From: Ruditapes philippinarum
Lineage: Eukaryota
DNA length: 64,000 nt
NCBI RefSeq assembly: GCF_026571515.1
Contig: NW_026861937.1
Span: 1 to 64,000, forward strand
Direction: 5' to 3'
The position numbers and the translations under genes are program-made. Below are positions 36,501 through 49,757 of this stretch, piece by piece. How positions within the stretch are numbered: position 1 is the stretch's first letter; the number at the start of each line of letters is the position of its first letter. Below the pieces are notes generated by a model, which did no database searches, was not told where the DNA came from, and worked only from the letters and a program-made list of their open reading frames with translations.

Positions 36501-37839
36501 AACATTATGATGAGCAAATGAAGTTTAAAGCGATTTTTGTTAAAAGACGAGAATAAAGATCAACAAGGCAAAGGCAACGATAACAGTACCAGCTCCTGAC
36601 ACACCCAAGCCACCACAGCAGGGCACCCAGAAGGCACAAAACCGGAAGTGGACATAAGGGCGGCGAAGAGAGGAGATAGACAAGTTATGTGAGCTTATTA
36701 TAAAAAAACTACAAAAAACTGGAACGGGCCCATATGGGAACCAAAGCGACAAGGGCTATAACGGAGGGGGTATTTGAACACGTATGGCGACAAATTAAGC
36801 CTGAGGACTTCGTGAGCCTCCAAAATCAAGATTTTGGCCGTATACATACTACGTGTACATGTCATAATTGTTATGTTTTTGTTTAAATTTGCAATTCAAC
36901 GTTTGAATAGGCATTCAATATAATTAATCAAGATCATAGAAGGCGGCTTATGCCTGACCAGATGAATAGGGGGTAATTTATTTCAGACAGGCATGTCTGA
37001 GAGGTAGGTTGTCTGCACTCTTAAATGTTTTCCTCTGTTAAATCAATAGGAATAAAATGAAACCGTTTCAAAATTAAAAGAATTGTAGCAGATACACTCA
37101 GTAAATGTCGTTCTAGGTGTACAACTCTTGCATAATACCGATATATTGTCGATTCAGTCCAGTGATATTGTTTCCGGGAAGCTACTTACTTCATTACGAA
37201 ATAGCTTGCAGAAAACAATACAACTACGAGAACAATAATACAATAAGTAATATTATGATGCTGGTGTGAATGCTACATGTCCTCACAAAAATAAAATTCT
37301 TTTTTTTTGTAACATAAAAAAACTGTCATAAATGAAATGTTCTTCATGGACGTGATATTATATTTTTGCATATTTTCCAGGCATCTCATAACATTTTGCT
37401 TGTACAACCACAGAATGATATAAACTTTTTCTTGTTTCGTTGGTCACATCATACTTATCTGAGTAATTTGATACAAAAATGATGACTGCCAAATTGAACA
37501 AAATATAATATTACGTAACGAATTAAGTTTACATCTAGTAAAGTTATTTATAATAAAAGCTTTAAAGACTTGTCAAAATGATAAGTAACACTCTTTTTAA
37601 TCCGGTTTCTCTGATAAAAGTTCAAAATAAAATATATGTATAAGTAAGAAATAAAATGTCTACATGTCTACAGTCTATGTATAAGAAATATTTTTGAAGC
37701 CTGTCAAACAATTATAATTTCATGCTATAAAATACCCACCATAGAGGATTATTTCTTTTCCATTGTCTGTGTATAAAGAGGATTTATATTTAGTACTTTG
37801 TTGATTTACTATTTAGTACTATTCAACCTGTCTTATTTA

Positions 37840-37865
37840 TTGGAAATTCCAACTTTCGTTTTCGT
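37840..37865 (+). promoter_or_regulatory. Composite NF-kB + IRF motif, copy 5
   Basis: TTGGAAATTCCAACTTTCGTTTTCGT. Confidence 0.6.
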
Positions 37866-38121
37866 ATTGTACTATTTCATTTTAAGGTAAATATATAACT
37901 TTATTTCCCTTTTTATTTGAAATGATAAGTTTTTATAAATAGTTAAATCATTTGTAAAATTTACACTTTATAAATATATTGTTTTTAATGTGTCACTTCC
38001 GTGTTTTACTAGGATTCATTTCAAAGTATAAATTGTTGTTTATTTATCGTGAAATCTAATCTATTGTTTGAAGAAATACAGAAAATTTTATATAACAAAC
38101 GAATTTCTGTTTTATTTTAGC

Positions 38122-40218
38122 ATGTCGAGAATACCAGATTACGCTCACAATTTATCACTTAAAATGTCTCAAGTGATGGATGGGATTGGTGTTAGCGAGA
38201 AGATTGTGATGAAAAGAAGGAGGTCATGGCTACTGAATGAATCACTATTTACGTTACCTCATCAGCTACTCGGTAATGATGTGAATGCGTTCGTCTTCGG
38301 TAGTCAAATAGAAGGTACAACAACTATAGGATTGCGATCTGACGCAGATTTTCTTATATCTTTGAACACATATAATGTGATACAAGACTGGAGTGAATGG
38401 GTATACGGTAAAATTAATTATTTGATGATACAAGATGATTATGTCTCACCAGGGTACTGTTTGTTACAAGAGTTAAGAGATGATGCTCCACTACCGCTCG
38501 TAGTTGAAGTTAATGACCATTCATATAGAGACAGAAAAGGGAGAATATTGTTAAAAAATACATTCTTAAATAAGTTTGGAAGTAATGAATTAATAAGACA
38601 CGGTCCAGCCCATTCACAACAAGATGTTCCTGGGTTCAGTGATAATGATCATGTTTTTGCCTTTCCCTGTCATTTAAAACCAATTCAAGCAGGGCATTGG
38701 CTAAATCAACATAGAGAAGAGCATTGGCCTACAAGTGATATGATACAGTACTGTAGAAACACGCGATGTTTTGTTGTAGGCGTTGGAAAAACAGGAAGTG
38801 CAAATGAAATATTTGAATGGAGAATATCAACATCATTTGCAGAGCGATTTGTAATGTTTAATCTTAACATAACACAAATCAGATGTTATGTTTTGATGAA
38901 AATGATACTGAAAACTTTTATTACTCAAATGTTCCCCAACAGCATTTCAAGTTTCATGTGTAAAACCGTTTTGTTACATTGTATTTCATATACAAGATCT
39001 GACGCATGGAAGGAAAGTACCCTGTTTACTTGTCTATTATTTTGTATATCGACACTTTACAACTGTGTTCAAAATGAATACTGTCCTCATTTCATCATCA
39101 CACAAAATAACTTGATGAGCGGACGATTTTCTCCGGAAGCGAAGCCGTTAATTCTTGAAACTCTTCGCTATGTAATCGAAAGTAATGGGAGGGCATTACT
39201 CGAAATTGAATGCGACTGCCTTGGTTTATTTCTTCAGTCAAGGTTAAACAGTTTTGAACCGGTACATGCACATTTGATTCCAACTCTTATTGCTGGACAT
39301 TTACTAAAACAAATATGCCATATTATAAGTGAACAATTTCAAATGATCCAATTGAAAATGTATGATTTATCACCAACACTTACAATTCAAAAACTTTTAA
39401 CATTTATGTCAAATCACCATAATGAGAATTTCACAACTATAGATAGAAAAGCTTACCGTTTGTTAACACGACATATATGTAGTACACTTGGATCTATTCT
39501 AGCATCTTCAAACATTTACAAACAAGACCATTTAACATACAAAAATGCTCTTTCATTCATGTCATTAGGACTTGACTCCGATATAGCATCTGGTAAACTG
39601 AAACTAGCATCAATATTCTATTGTACCAGAGACATTGAGAGGACTAAACTTATCCTGAAAAAAATCGAAGAGTGTTATGATCTAAATGTTGTTGAACCAG
39701 TGTGTGAGTGTTACAGTTTCAAACATTTTCCACTAAGAGATAGTTTCAACAGATTATGTTATGAATCAAATGAAGAATGCACACTGCTTAAACATATAAC
39801 AGCATCATGTGTCTGTTTTATACGATGTGAAATAAACTGTTGTCCATTAGAACTTCAACATGAAATGTTTAGATCAACACAGGAAGACCTTGCTTACAGA
39901 AGTGAAGATGATAAATGGATGGACATGGCTGTTGTAGATTCTCTCCCTTACCTCTATTTCTTGCAGTACAAGACATATTCCCAGCTAGGAAGACAAGATG
40001 ATAAACAAAGAGCTCTCTCTAACATTGCCAGAACCATAGATGTTGAACCAAATCTCGGACACAGGGAAACAGCACTGAATCTTCTAGGACAGTGTATGGA
40101 ACAAGAATACCGCAAAGACGATGCTTTAAAATGCTTTCTGATGTCGTTAAAAATACGAAGTAGACATAATGCTGCAAAGTTTCATATATTTAGACTTTTA
40201 GCGTCTATTTATAATTAG
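38122..40218 (+). CDS. cGLR copy 5, 698 aa, type-B tail
   Basis: FGSQIEGTTTIGLRSDAD, DNDHV, EWRISTSFAER. Ends MEQEYRKDDALKCFLMSLKIRSRHNAAKFHIFRLLASIYN. The ATG at 38122 follows a TTTTAG acceptor. Confidence 0.9.
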   Translation: MSRIPDYAHNLSLKMSQVMDGIGVSEKIVMKRRRSWLLNESLFTLPHQLLGNDVNAFVFGSQIEGTTTIGLRSDADFLISLNTYNVIQDWSEWVYGKINYLMIQDDYVSPGYCLLQELRDDAPLPLVVEVNDHSYRDRKGRILLKNTFLNKFGSNELIRHGPAHSQQDVPGFSDNDHVFAFPCHLKPIQAGHWLNQHREEHWPTSDMIQYCRNTRCFVVGVGKTGSANEIFEWRISTSFAERFVMFNLNITQIRCYVLMKMILKTFITQMFPNSISSFMCKTVLLHCISYTRSDAWKESTLFTCLLFCISTLYNCVQNEYCPHFIITQNNLMSGRFSPEAKPLILETLRYVIESNGRALLEIECDCLGLFLQSRLNSFEPVHAHLIPTLIAGHLLKQICHIISEQFQMIQLKMYDLSPTLTIQKLLTFMSNHHNENFTTIDRKAYRLLTRHICSTLGSILASSNIYKQDHLTYKNALSFMSLGLDSDIASGKLKLASIFYCTRDIERTKLILKKIEECYDLNVVEPVCECYSFKHFPLRDSFNRLCYESNEECTLLKHITASCVCFIRCEINCCPLELQHEMFRSTQEDLAYRSEDDKWMDMAVVDSLPYLYFLQYKTYSQLGRQDDKQRALSNIARTIDVEPNLGHRETALNLLGQCMEQEYRKDDALKCFLMSLKIRSRHNAAKFHIFRLLASIYN

Positions 40219-41560
40219 ATTTGTTAGTTACGTGTATAAACCAGTATGGACATACAGAGCTATCCTTTATAACAACAGCGTGGGTATGGTTTTGTTAAAC
40301 TTTTCATAACAAGGCAAAAATGCTTTGATTGACACAAAAAGATCTTAAGTACAGAACGAAAGAAGCCATTGGATGTACATGGCCATTGTGAATTAGTTTA
40401 TTTTATTTTCTGCAAAACAAGATATCGTGGAAGATAATAGGAAGTATAACAATAAACAGACAAACAATAATCCTTTAAATAGATACCGAGGACATTTGAC
40501 AAAAGCACTGAACATTCATGTACAGTGTGTTTTATGCATTGTCATTGTAATAAAGTCACAATGTTTGCCCAGAAACTATCTTATATGAGTCACTTATTCT
40601 ATAGTTTTGAACATGATCAGTTTAGATAGAAATAAGGTATCAGTGTTTAATCATTGCAGTTCCAGAGTGCTTTATTAATGGTGGGATATTTCGCCAATTC
40701 ACTGTCAATTCAAACACAATGTTATTTCAAGTATGTCATCGTTGTAATATCAGAGGCGGTGTGTGAAAGTATAATCTTACATAATACGTGTCCATTTAGA
40801 TGAATAATAAAACGTTACATTGTTGCATTTTGAATAATATTAGATGAAGATATACACTTTATCAAAAAACGCACTGACATTGTAACGGATTTCTTACAAA
40901 GAAGAAAGCAATATTTAACACATAATAGATGATTACTAATATTCTGACCAACGAAGGATTTAGGACAAACCAATTTGTAATAAGTAGCTTTAAGAAGTGT
41001 CAGGCACTGGGAACATGTGAAATTCAAATAATGAATGTTATTTACCAATTATTGTCAGTCTTTGTATTTGTGTCAGATGTTGAGTATGAAATCATATAAA
41101 ATTGCTAATATATATATATACTTTTATATTGTGTCTTACGAACAGTTCAATCTATTTTTTTCAGTAGTGACAGTTAAGCCAGGTTGTTGACAATATTTTA
41201 ACATTTTGTTATAATATAATTGTACATTTTTTTTTTCATTTTATTTCATGTTTGATGTTAGTTTATCAGCACTTCAAATATCATGTATTTTAAATGTAAG
41301 GAGCACAACTTGTATTCTGTATTCCAGATTTATCTGTTACTGAATTTCTATGTGAGTCTATTAAAACAGTTACCCACAATTAAGAGTTGTTGTATACTTT
41401 ATGCATGTACTCCAGAGTTATATGTTTAAAAGTATCTGCGTGGCTCTATGATTAAGTATTTTGTCCGAAAATGCTTTAGATTTTCAAAAAAATTTCATTT
41501 ATTTCATTACTTGAGGATAAAAGTCTTGATATTTCAGATACATCATAAAACTGAAAGTTA

Positions 41561-43555
41561 CTGGCCTGGCTTTATACTTATGACAAAGGCTGACAACTTT
41601 CGGTTTCTGCAAGCTGGCCTGGCTCTATACCTATAGCAAAGGCTAACAACTTTCGGTTTCAACAAGCTGGCCTGACTTTATACTTATGGCAAAGGCTGGT
41701 CACTGTCAGTTTCAGCAAACTGGTCTGGCTCTATACTTATGGCAAAGGCTGGCAACTTTCGGTTTCTGCAAGCTGGCCTGGCTCTATACCTATAGCAAAG
41801 GCTAACAACTTTCGGTTTCAACAAGCTGGCCTGACTCTATACTTATGGCAAAGGCTGGTCACTGTCAGTTTCAGCAAACTGGCCTGGTTCTTTACTTGTG
41901 GCAAAGGCTGACAACTTTCAGTTTCAGCAAGCTGGCTTGACTCTATACTTATGGCAAAGGCTGACAACTTTCGGTTTCGGCAAGCTGGTCTGACTCTGTA
42001 CTTATGACAAAGGCTGATCACTTCCGGTTTCAGAAAACTGGCCTGGCTCCATACTTATGGCAAAGGCTGACAACTTTCGGTTTAAACAAGCTGGTCTGAC
42101 TCTATACTTATGGCAAAGGCTGACAACTTTCGGTTTCAGCAAGCCGGTCTGACTCTATATTTATGGCAATGGCTGATCACTTTCGGTTTCAGCAAGCTGG
42201 CCTGGCTCTATTATTATAACAAAGGCTGTCAACTTTCGGTTTCAGCAAACTGGTCTGGCTCAAAGGCTGACAATTTTCGGTTTCAGCAAGCTGGCCTGGC
42301 TCTATACTTATGGCAAAGGCTGACAACTTTCGGTTTCAGCAAGCCGGTCTGACTCTATGCTTATGGCTTAGTCTAATCACTTTCGGTTTCAGCAAGCTGA
42401 CCTGGCTCAAAGGCTGACAATTTTCGGTTTCAGCAAGCTGGCCTGGCTCTATACTGGTGGCAGAGGCTGACAACTTTCGATTTAGGCAATCTGGCCTGCC
42501 TATACTTATGGCAAAGGCTGACAACTATCGGTTTCAGCAAACTTGTCTTAATCTATACTTATGGCAAAGGCTGACAACTTTCAGTTTCAGCAACCTGGCC
42601 CGATTCTATACTTATGGCAAAGGCTGATCACTTTCGGTTTCAGCAAACTTGCCTAACTCTATACTAATGGCAAAGACTGACAACTTTCGGTTTCAACAGG
42701 CATGCCTGGTTCTATGCCTGTGGCAAAGGCTGATAACTTGCGGTTCCGATGGGCTGGCCTGGTTCTATATGTGCGGTAAGTACTGATCATTTTCGGTTTC
42801 TGAAAGCTGGACTGGCTCTTTACTTGTGGCAAAGGCTAATCACTTTCGGTTTCAGGAGGCTAGCCTGCCTTTATACTGGTTGCAAAGGCTGATCATTTTC
42901 TGTTTCAGGAGGCTAGCCTGCCTTTATACTGGTGGTAAAGACTGATCACTTTCTGTTTCAGGAGGCTAGCCTGCCTTTATACTGGTGGTAAAGGCTGATC
43001 ACATTCGTTTTCAGGAGGCTAGCCTGCCTTATATACTGGTGGTAAAGGCTGATCACTTTCGGTTTCAGGAGGCTAGACTGCCTTTATACTGGTTGCAAAG
43101 GCTGATCACATTCGTTTTCAGGAGGCTAGACTGCCTTATATACTGGTTGTAAAGGCTGATCACTATCGGTTTCAGCAGGCTGGACTGGCTCTTTACTGTT
43201 TGCAATAACTGATCACTTTTTTTTTTTGAAAAGTCAAACCTGGCTCTATCGTAATGTAAATAATTCATCACTTTTGGTTTTGACTAAAGGTTGGACTGGC
43301 TCTTTACTGGTGGCAATAAGTGATCACTTTTTGTTTCAGAAGGCTTGTCTGTCTCTTTCTAAATGGCAATGGCTAATCTATTGCGGTTTCAGCACGCTGT
43401 CGTGACTCAATACTGGTGGCAAAGGCTGGTAACACTTGATTTCAGCAGGATGACTTGTTTCAATACTATTAGAAAAAGCTGATCACTTTCGGTTTCCACA
43501 GGTGGGCATGCCTCTATCCTGGTGAAAAAGGTGGATCACTTTTGGCTTTAGTAGG
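41561..43555 (+). repeat. 53-bp minisatellite array 4 (~37 units, with internal variant subfamilies)
   Basis: Same period and core as array 1. A 159-bp (3x53) duplication is visible at 41607/41766. Confidence 0.95.
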
Positions 43556-46500
43556 TTAAGGCTTAAATAACATATCAATTTGTGCATTGTTAGAATCAAT
43601 GAACTCGAGGAACAAATAAATATAACAACATAGAAATGATGAATGTGGCCTTATTTTACAGCTGCCAGATTTTATTTCTGTCATCTTGTTCAATGGTATT
43701 CCCTATTCAAATAATCCGCAAAGTTTTCAAATGCATACTCTTTAATTTTTTGTTGAATTGAATATACAATACTCAGTGCTGTCTTTGAATTTTCTGAAAA
43801 TGTTTTAATCGTTTTTGGTAATCAACAACGAATATATTATACGCTCCCCATCCATTAATTACAACAATATCTGAGGTAACCGACAATGTGTCTCCACCTT
43901 CTCTAACACTGGTGTAATGTTTACTCCGAAATAAACATATACAAATGTATCGCTTTCTTATGAAGAAAGCTGACTTAGTTGAAACATATTTATTCAAACA
44001 ACTTGAAGTTTATTTATACCACTCTCAAGTCGATTCCTGGAACTATTTTCTATCTGGGTCATATGACGACATATAAGCGAGACCCCATTTAGGCTCAAAC
44101 CCATGATCTCAGGATTCAGAATGTCAGAATTCTCATAAGAATATGTCATGTTTAAGGGAAAAGGGCCAAAGGTTTGGAGAAGAATGGAGCCAATCCGCTC
44201 TTTTTTCGTACATTTACTCTGAAGTGAACAACATGAAAATAAGAAAAACTCAGGTATTGTTTACCTTTATTGTGAATTATCTGTCCTTGAATGAAGTAAA
44301 AAAACTCGAATTAATATACAGTGAACTCAATGACGAGAACGGTGACCCTTATTTTGTTTCGCTTAAAATGTTTCTATTATCATATTCTAACAACATGATA
44401 AATTTTAAGGCATATTCTAACAACATGCCGCATTTCCTTGTTGATCTTTTTCATCATATTTTTAGAAGTTCTATTAAACAGTTTTAATTTGGCCTATATG
44501 TTCATATGAAAACTTCCGAAAACGACATTTTAACAGCAATGTTCTGTAAAAAAAAATATAGGCTGGTTCCATAATTTCATGGTGTTCACTTTACTTTCAA
44601 GGTAAGAATCAATGGCCAGTAAGTACACAGAAAGTATTGAAAGTTTTGTCATCTAACACGTACAGACTTAGATCTACTAGATTTCCACTTCCCTCGGCCC
44701 TCGTCAAGAACATATAACACTAGTATAAAATCGTACAGTTGTTTTTGGTAATATAATTAATGTACATGTAACCAGATGAAAATGAGTTTGAAGTGTGTTA
44801 AGGCATCATTTATGACACCGCGCCTGAACACAGTATTTTGTTTGTTGTTGTTGTGGCTGATAATGTTGTTGTCGTTTTTAGCTGAGTACTACACTAATTT
44901 AATATGCTGTTATAATCTGTTGCTATAAAATGGTTGTAAACTTCTAGTTTTTAAAAGTCATTTATAATTAGATTTCACAAATGCTTTAACTGCAATGTTC
45001 AAATCCCTAAAAAGGACTAAGCAATACACTTGATAAGACTTTCATTTTGTTAGATTTTTAGTTTTTCCACTTCAAGAAGATGGTAAGAGAAGCTGGTAAA
45101 GGTACATTACGACATTTGAAAATTTCAAAAGAAGATGTTAAAAAAGAGATAAACAGAATCCCTAAAGAAGGTCCAACACAACACAATTGAAAATGTTGCA
45201 GGCTCGGTTTGATTGAGCCTGTTCATGAACGGTACTGGAAAGTGCAAGTGACCGTCCACGTCCCCTAGCACCGACTTAAGCAGAATTCAACATTTAACAC
45301 GAAAATGGTGAAATTTTGAATTAAGAATCATCCGCAGATGTGTTCATAACCATTACTACCGAAATATGAAGAAACATTACAACAGCTTAGTGATACTATA
45401 AAGGTTTTAGCTTCTTGTGCCAATATATTTTTTTATATCATATTTAAATACGTCTGAGAACATGTTAGATGCACGTGACCTGAAGAAAGCACTGAATGTG
45501 TAATTATTTAATCATTGAAATGTAATGAAGTAGTGTTTTAACTTTAATACAAAATAAAAATACTACATCACTATAACTGCACTAATTGCCAGAGCAACAT
45601 AAGTCATTAAGTAACTATAGTCAACAAGATATACTAAAAAGAAAAGAATGTCTGAGGCATAATGGGCATTTAAATATTTATAAGGTGTTTACAAATAATA
45701 AAGTAATAATGTGGCATAGATGCATAGGCTAAACAAAAACATTCAATTTTCAGTTGTAAAAAAATTATGATTAATTACTTTAATCTTTAAGACATCAGAT
45801 AAATGTTGTTAAAGGCACAAACAGTTATATGTACAGGAATATATTTATGTTTATTATATCTTTTATGATAATTAATAATGATATACATGATAATGTAAGT
45901 AACTGAAAGGTTGTTTATCTACTGAGGTGCCTGCTTGTGCATAAAAGCATTGGTACTTTTCTTCATTTTTTGGCAAAATACTAGTAGATACCAAATTCCA
46001 GGCCTTTTGCACCTGCAGTATCAGTAAACAACTGTATTTCTTTATTTGATCTCGGAAAACGATCATGAAAAACTGTAACAATGACATTAAACCCACATAT
46101 GCAAATTACAGACTCTTATACCCACATAATTATACAGACTCGGTTTAATTGTTCTCTTTATGAGAAGTTATGTAAAAATGCAACATCTCTCACGCTCACT
46201 AGCACCCGCTAAATTGGTATCCAATCCTTATACACTAACATGCTCAAATTACTTATCTCGCAAGACCATTTTAGAATTGACTTATTGGCATAGTACTGAC
46301 TATAAGAAATTTGTTAAATAAGATATATGTATATTTATTTGCAGAATGAAAAACCGAAGAGAAAATACACGCCCAAGAAGTTACAGAAAGCCGAGATAAA
46401 GAACAATACTGGATAATACATTATACTATTTTATAGAAATAAAGTTTTGAAAATAAACATTCAACTTTTTTTGTCTTCAATTAGAGGCTTTTGTGTCCTC

Positions 46501-46899
46501 GTGATGTGTAGTGTGTCTATAATTTGATGTTCGTGTGATAGCACCCTGAGTTGAAAATCAAGTTGAACAATTCTGCTTAGAACTTACAATCAGAAGTACA
46601 TTTTAAATTGGCTATTTTAATCATGCCCTACATTTTGGTCAATGAAGGTATAGCAACCAATGCACTTTCTCAGGCATTCATAAAGCTGATTTTACTTAAT
46701 TTGAACCAAACCTGTTGTATCAAAAACGGCCTGATGTCAATTTAAGGCCACTGAAACGGCCAAAAGGGCATACAGTTTGGCGTAAACTATATGGACAATA
46801 ATATAAAAAAATAAATTTACCAGTTTACACTGTAGATATTTGGCTTCCGGCACTAGCCAGTATTTTTTAATCGTAATGACTTCAGTGCCTGGTTTTCAT

Positions 46900-47865
46900 T
46901 TGTTAACCTGAGCACGTTGTGCTCAAATGTGAGCTTTTGTGATGGCAGTTTTCCGTCGTTTGTAGTCCGTCGTCAACAATTTCTCTAAACAAAATCTCCT
47001 AAACAACTTGATTGATATTGACCAAATTCACGGGAGTGATACTTGGGTCCTCTACATATGTTATATATTTAATGGTTCCAGTCTGATGCATAAGTGGGTC
47101 CCAGGTAAATGAAAATAACTTAAAATAAAAATCTCCTCAGAAACTACACAGGTCGGGGCTTAGATATTTGGCATGAAACATCACCGTGTGGTTCTCTAAT
47201 AGAATGAAATAATTCATGTCGCTTGGCAACACTAGAGGTCATTGAGGGGTCAATTCAGTCTACATAGGATTATAAAGGATAACACCTTACAGACTGCAAT
47301 GCCCAGAGCTTAGATATTTGGCATGTTGCATTGTAAAGTAGATCTGTACAAAAAATATATATCATGTCTCTTGAGTTAAAATTGGTCTTACCTTCGGGGT
47401 CACTTCTACAAGACTTGTATAAGAAAAATGACCTTAAAGATTCCTCAGTCTAAAGGTCGGATATTTGGAATGTAGCATCATATTGCGTTTTTTTACAAAA
47501 GTTATTGTCAAAATTGAACCAGCCCCGGGTGTCACTTATTTTATGTAGACTTGTATAGTAAAATACATTCAAGACTCCTTCGGTAAAACAAAAATGAATT
47601 AACAAATTTTTCGTTTAAAGTACAGCTCGAAGACATAGCTCATGCAACTATTTTAGGACAGAACATTTATGTTTAACTCTGTAAACTTTCAATGCCTACA
47701 GATTAAATATTTGTCATGAATCATTTGAAATGGCAAACATCTACAAAATTTTTAAATTTATGATACTTTAGAAAAAGATGACAGACCCAATGAGACATTA
47801 CTAAAATTGTGGCTTTTTCTAGTGGTGCAGCTCAGGTAAGCGATTCATGGTTATCATGGTCATAC
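46900..47865 (+). mobile_element. Helentron-associated non-autonomous element (HINE-like)
   Basis: 5' ACCTGAGC with hairpin TGAGCAC-GTT-GTGCTCA, degenerate (GTCC/GTC)n microsatellite, degraded internal repeats, and 3' subterminal GCTCAGGT followed by a palindrome remnant. Confidence 0.65.
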
Positions 47866-49469
47866 AGCTTAAATGAACTCCGCTGTTGTTTTTGCCATGA
47901 AAATGAATATACATATTGTAATTTGTCTGTAGGCTTTGGCAAAACACTTTATTGCAATATTTCAGATAATTCGCTCACTCTGTTTTCCAGAATATTCCTT
48001 TGTATTGTGACATCGATCCAAAAATGAAAGCGTTTTGATGTGAATATTGGTAAGCATTTACGAAATTAAATTTGTCAAGAGCAGCGCAACACTTACCAGT
48101 TAAGTATTTGATATAACATTTTTTAAAACTGTCGATTTACATGATTGATTTAATTTAGCCGATAAACCAAAGTAAATGTTATTTTAAATGCTACACTTCT
48201 ATTGGAAAAATGATTTTCAAACACTTAGTGTTTTATATTGATTAGTACGTATTTACAAAATTAAATTGGTCGCCCCGCTGAGTCGCGCTTGACCAATTTA
48301 ATTTTGTAAATAGGTAATAAACTTTAACCTATACTTAGATGAGCATGGGTATGTGCATACAAATAAAGTTAAAATCATGCAACGAATTTTTTTTATAAGG
48401 AAATGTATTTCGACATATTTAAGAACGAGGTCTTCGTGAACCTCGAAGATCAAGATTTTGACGGAATGCATACAAAGTATGTGTTTATCTATGAATTTCT
48501 GTGATTTTGTTTAAATTTGCAATTCAACGTTTGAAAAGGCATTTAATTTAATAAATCAAAATCATAGAAGGCATTTTAACTCTGAAAAGTTAAATAGGAG
48601 GTATAGTTGCAGACAGGCATGCCTCAGTGGCAGATTGTCAGAAATCATGAATGTTTCCCACAGAATAAAATGGAACTGTTTCAAAATTGAATGAAATGTA
48701 GCAGATACACACAGTGATTGTCGGTCTAGGTGTACAACTCTTGCACAAGACCGATATATTGTTGATTCGGTCCGGCGATATTGTTTCCGGGACGCTACTT
48801 CATTAACAAACAGCTGACAGAAAGCTAAAGTGTACGGGAACAATAACACAATAAGGAATAGATCGCATGATGCTGATGTGAATGCTTAACATCCTGACAA
48901 ATAAGAGGCGAAATTAGTTATTTTGTAAAATAAAAGAAAACATATCATTATAAAGGATACATTGTTTATAGACATTATATCTTATTTTTACATATTTTCC
49001 AGGCATCTCATAACATTTTACTTGTAGAACCACGGAAATGATTTATTTGATTTTTTCTATCTTCGTTGTTCACATCATCCTTATCTGAGTAACCCAAGAA
49101 TAATCACTGCCTAATTGAAAAAAAAAATATTTTACCAATAAAGTGTACATGTAGTTAAGTTATTTATAATAAAAGCATTAAAGATTTGACTTTCTTGTCA
49201 AAATGATTAGAAACATTCCTAAATTTACTAATCTGGTTGCTTTAATCAAGTTCGAAATATAGAGATAGTTTCAAAGTCTCTATACATGTATATGATAGCG
49301 TCCAACAATAATTTCATCCTCTGAAAATAGCCACCAGAGACCGATTATTACTTTTAAAATGTCTGTGTAAGAGTCAAGTTTTAATTAATCTACAAGAAGG
49401 ATTAAAATTTAGTTCTTTATTGATTTACTATTTAGTACCATTCAACCTGTCTAATTAAGGTGTGTACCA

Positions 49470-49495
49470 TTGGAAATTCCAACTTTCGATTTCGT
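49470..49495 (+). promoter_or_regulatory. Composite NF-kB + IRF motif, copy 6
   Basis: TTGGAAATTCCAACTTTCGATTTCGT, plus a second partial ACTTTCGATTT at ~49504. Confidence 0.6.
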
Positions 49496-49757
49496 ATTGT
49501 ACAACTTTCGATTTAAGGTAAAGATAAATAACTTTATTTTCCCTTTTTCTTGACATTTTAAGCTTTTATAAATAGATAAATCATATATAAAATTTACACT
49601 TTATAAATACATTGTTTTAATTTGTCACTTCCGTGTTTGATAGGACTTAATTTCAAAGTATTAATTGTTCTTATTTATCGTAAAAACTTATGTTCTAAAG
49701 AATTGTATTAAAAACTTAACAACTTTTTTTTAAAATAATTTTCTGTTTGATTATAGA

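Noticed and set aside
36545-36770. GC-richer insert upstream of copy 5, possibly a retroelement end
   Set aside because: It is absent from paralog flanks, but I could find no TSD, tail or coding motif to classify it.
41818-43271. Short ORFs within the 53-bp arrays (also 20299-21636, 33851-34078) and the 146-bp satellite (54915-56279)
   Set aside because: Unit lengths are not multiples of three and stops are frequent, so these ORFs are by-products of the repeats.
44143-44487. 114-aa ORF and other 60-110 aa intergenic or antisense ORFs
   Set aside because: No recognisable motifs, AT-driven composition, and frames not conserved in the paralogous flanks where those exist.
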